From: Promethearchaeota archaeon
Lineage (GTDB): Archaea; Asgardarchaeota; Thorarchaeia; Thorarchaeales; Thorarchaeaceae
DNA length: 7,617 nt
Assembly: GCA_027031765.1 (NCBI GenBank)
Contig: JALVPN010000009.1
Coordinates: forward strand, 1 to 7,617
Direction: 5' to 3'
Under the pieces are notes generated by a model. It saw nothing but the letters and a program-made list of their open reading frames with translations, had not been told where the DNA came from and ran no database searches. Every line of letters begins with the position of its first letter. The first letter of the stretch is position 1. Of this stretch, positions 6,192 to 7,617 are shown in pieces. The position numbers were made by a program, and so were the translations under genes.

Positions 6192-7255
6192 TCCACTTCG
6201 ACAACCCAACCGTAGGGGTCTGGATGTGTACCGTACTGGATACCCGTCAGCTCGTCGTACAGGCGCCGTGTGAGGCTGCCGACCTCTCCGTTGCCGACCC
6301 TGTAGTCCTTGCCCTGGTACAGTAGTTCACCAATAGGGGTGATCACGGCTGCGGTGCCCGTACCAAACATCTCCTCGACCTTTCCGCTGCCGGTGCCCTC
6401 GACGACCTCGTCGATGGAGACCCGCCGCTCATTGACTGTGAGACCCCAGTCCCGTGCCAGGACAAGCACCGAGTCCCTTGTGATGCCGGGCAAGATGGTA
6501 CCTGTGAGGGGAGGTGTTACCAGCTCGTCGTCGAACTTGATGAAGACGTTCATGGTGCCGGCCTCTTCGATGAACTTCCGCTCGCAGGCATCAAGCCAGA
6601 GCACCTGCTTGCACCCTGCCCCCTCGGCCAGCTTTGTGGCCCGCAGACCGGCGGCATAGTTCCCCATTGTCTTAGCTGCCCCCACACCACCATTTGCCGC
6701 CCTCGCGTCACTGGTGGAGACCATCAGTCGCACGGGCTTGAAGCCCTCCTTGAAATAGGGCCCTACTGGGGCCAAGACTATGAAGAACAGGTACTTGTTA
6801 GCTGCCCGCACCCCCAGTTTTGGCTCCACAGCAACCATCGTGGGGCGGATGTATAGCGCGCAGCCGGGCTGTGGGGGAATCCATGCACGCTCTATACTGA
6901 CGAGGCATTTGAGGTAGTACCGTGTAGCGTCCTCATCGACCCGGGGCATGACCATACGCTCGGCCGACCTGTTGAGGCGGCGTATGTTGTCAGCGGGGCG
7001 GAAGAGCAGGACGTGCTCCCCATTTCGGTACGCCTTCATGCCCTCGAAGACGCCTTGGCCATAGTGCAGGCACATCGCGGCGGGGTCCAGGGAGATGGGA
7101 CGGTAGGGGTGGATGCACGGGTCGTGCCACCTGCCATCAGAATAGGTCATGGAAAACATATGGTCGGTGAAGAGGGTCCCGAAAGGTATGTCGTGCATGT
7201 TGTCAGGGGCGTGTCCCCGTTCCGACTCGGGAAGAAGGTCTGTCACCAACTCCAT
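6188..7255 (-). CDS. ilvE: Branched-chain amino acid aminotransferase (PLP fold type IV, subfamily II)
   Basis: FGTLFTDHM, LHYGQGVFEGMKAY, LFRP, LYIRP, AAKTMGNYA (PLP lysine), VLWLD, IEEAGTMN, ILPGITRDS, GTGTAAVITP. Start assigned to ATG 7255 (355 aa); ATG 7276 and 7282 are alternatives. Confidence 0.96.
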   Translation of the reverse strand: MELVTDLLPESERGHAPDNMHDIPFGTLFTDHMFSMTYSDGRWHDPCIHPYRPISLDPAAMCLHYGQGVFEGMKAYRNGEHVLLFRPADNIRRLNRSAERMVMPRVDEDATRYYLKCLVSIERAWIPPQPGCALYIRPTMVAVEPKLGVRAANKYLFFIVLAPVGPYFKEGFKPVRLMVSTSDARAANGGVGAAKTMGNYAAGLRATKLAEGAGCKQVLWLDACERKFIEEAGTMNVFIKFDDELVTPPLTGTILPGITRDSVLVLARDWGLTVNERRVSIDEVVEGTGSGKVEEMFGTGTAAVITPIGELLYQGKDYRVGNGEVGSLTRRLYDELTGIQYGTHPDPYGWVVEVE

Positions 7256-7288
7256 TCCCGTCACGGAGTTGGTCATGGCCATACTGAC

Positions 7289-7300
7289 ACTTAAGTAATA
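7289..7300 (-). promoter_or_regulatory. Putative TATA-like box for ilvE
   Basis: Minus strand TATTAC-TTAAGT; TTAAGT begins 39 nt upstream of ATG 7255, matching the spacing at the other promoters. Confidence 0.4.
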
Positions 7301-7390
7301 TCCCCCGTGGCAGGCTGTCAGTCCAGATGGCGCGGCAGACAGGGCTGCATGTGGCCGGATGATGCAGACCGCTGGGCATGATGCATGCGC

Positions 7391-7401
7391 AAGCCTTAAA
7401 G
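7391..7401 (+). promoter_or_regulatory. Putative BRE/TATA box for the 7433 gene
   Basis: AAGCC-TTAAAG; the TATA-like part begins 37 nt upstream of ATG 7433. Confidence 0.5.
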
Positions 7402-7404
7402 TCA

Positions 7405-7417
7405 TGAGCCATGCTCA
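7405..7417. promoter_or_regulatory. Inverted repeat TGAGC-CAT-GCTCA, possible operator
   Basis: Perfect 5-bp arms immediately downstream of the TATA-like box at 7396. Confidence 0.25.
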
Positions 7418-7432
7418 ATAGCTCTGATTCCC

Positions 7433-7617
7433 ATGAGTCACAGCGAGGGTCGACCTGACGAGGGGGACATCTACTACCTGGACCCAAAGGAGGTCCTGGC
7501 CCAGTACAGTGTAGAATGGGTGGCGCTCCGTCAGTCATACGCAGAGGTGAAGCAAAAGCTGCGGGAAGTGCAGCAGAGGCTCAATGAGATTGATGCGCAA
7601 CTGGCACGCGGCGAGAT
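7433..7617 (+). CDS. Hypothetical coiled-coil protein, 5-prime partial (runs off the window)
   Basis: Not in the ORF track because it has no stop. Reads MSHSEGRPDEGDIYYLDPKEVLAQYSVEWVALRQSYAEVKQKLREVQQRLNEIDAQLARGE; clear heptad pattern and upstream TATA-like box. Confidence 0.8.
   Translation, partial: MSHSEGRPDEGDIYYLDPKEVLAQYSVEWVALRQSYAEVKQKLREVQQRLNEIDAQLARGE

Noticed and set aside
1564-7440. Recurrent TGA(G/C)TCA heptamer at about 1565, 5536 and 7434
   Set aside because: About one copy is expected by chance in a window this size, positions relative to promoters are inconsistent, and the resemblance to the eukaryotic AP-1 site is not meaningful here.
1-7617. CRISPR array, tRNA, rRNA, IS element or integrase
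   Set aside because: No spaced direct repeats, cloverleaf/T-loop motifs, terminal inverted repeats or transposase/integrase motifs were seen. The GIY-YIG gene looks like the stand-alone DUF123 type, not an intron-encoded homing endonuclease.

Overview
GC-rich (roughly 60% by eye) archaeal chromosomal segment. The archaeal assignment rests on BRE/TATA-like AA-N3-TTWA boxes 37-45 nt upstream of five gene starts, GGAGG/GGTGA ribosome-binding sites and archaeal-type gene families; an Asgard (Thorarchaeia-like) origin is only my guess. Left (+ strand, 61-2923): a KH-domain PP-loop ATPase with three spaced Cys, a DUF123-like GIY-YIG nuclease, a 72-aa protein with an Sm/Hfq-like pattern, and a protein with an internally duplicated PH-like domain plus a C-terminal zinc ribbon. 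Middle (- strand): a 4x[4Fe-4S] subunit and a tungsten aldehyde:ferredoxin oxidoreductase (AorAB-like pair). Right: a divergent small protein with a long acidic tail, a possible 84-aa ORF, a bacterial-type (subfamily II) branched-chain aminotransferase ilvE, and a partial coiled-coil gene at the window end. I found no rRNA, tRNA, CRISPR array or mobile element. The most interesting material is the uncharacterised left-hand cluster and the acidic-tail protein.
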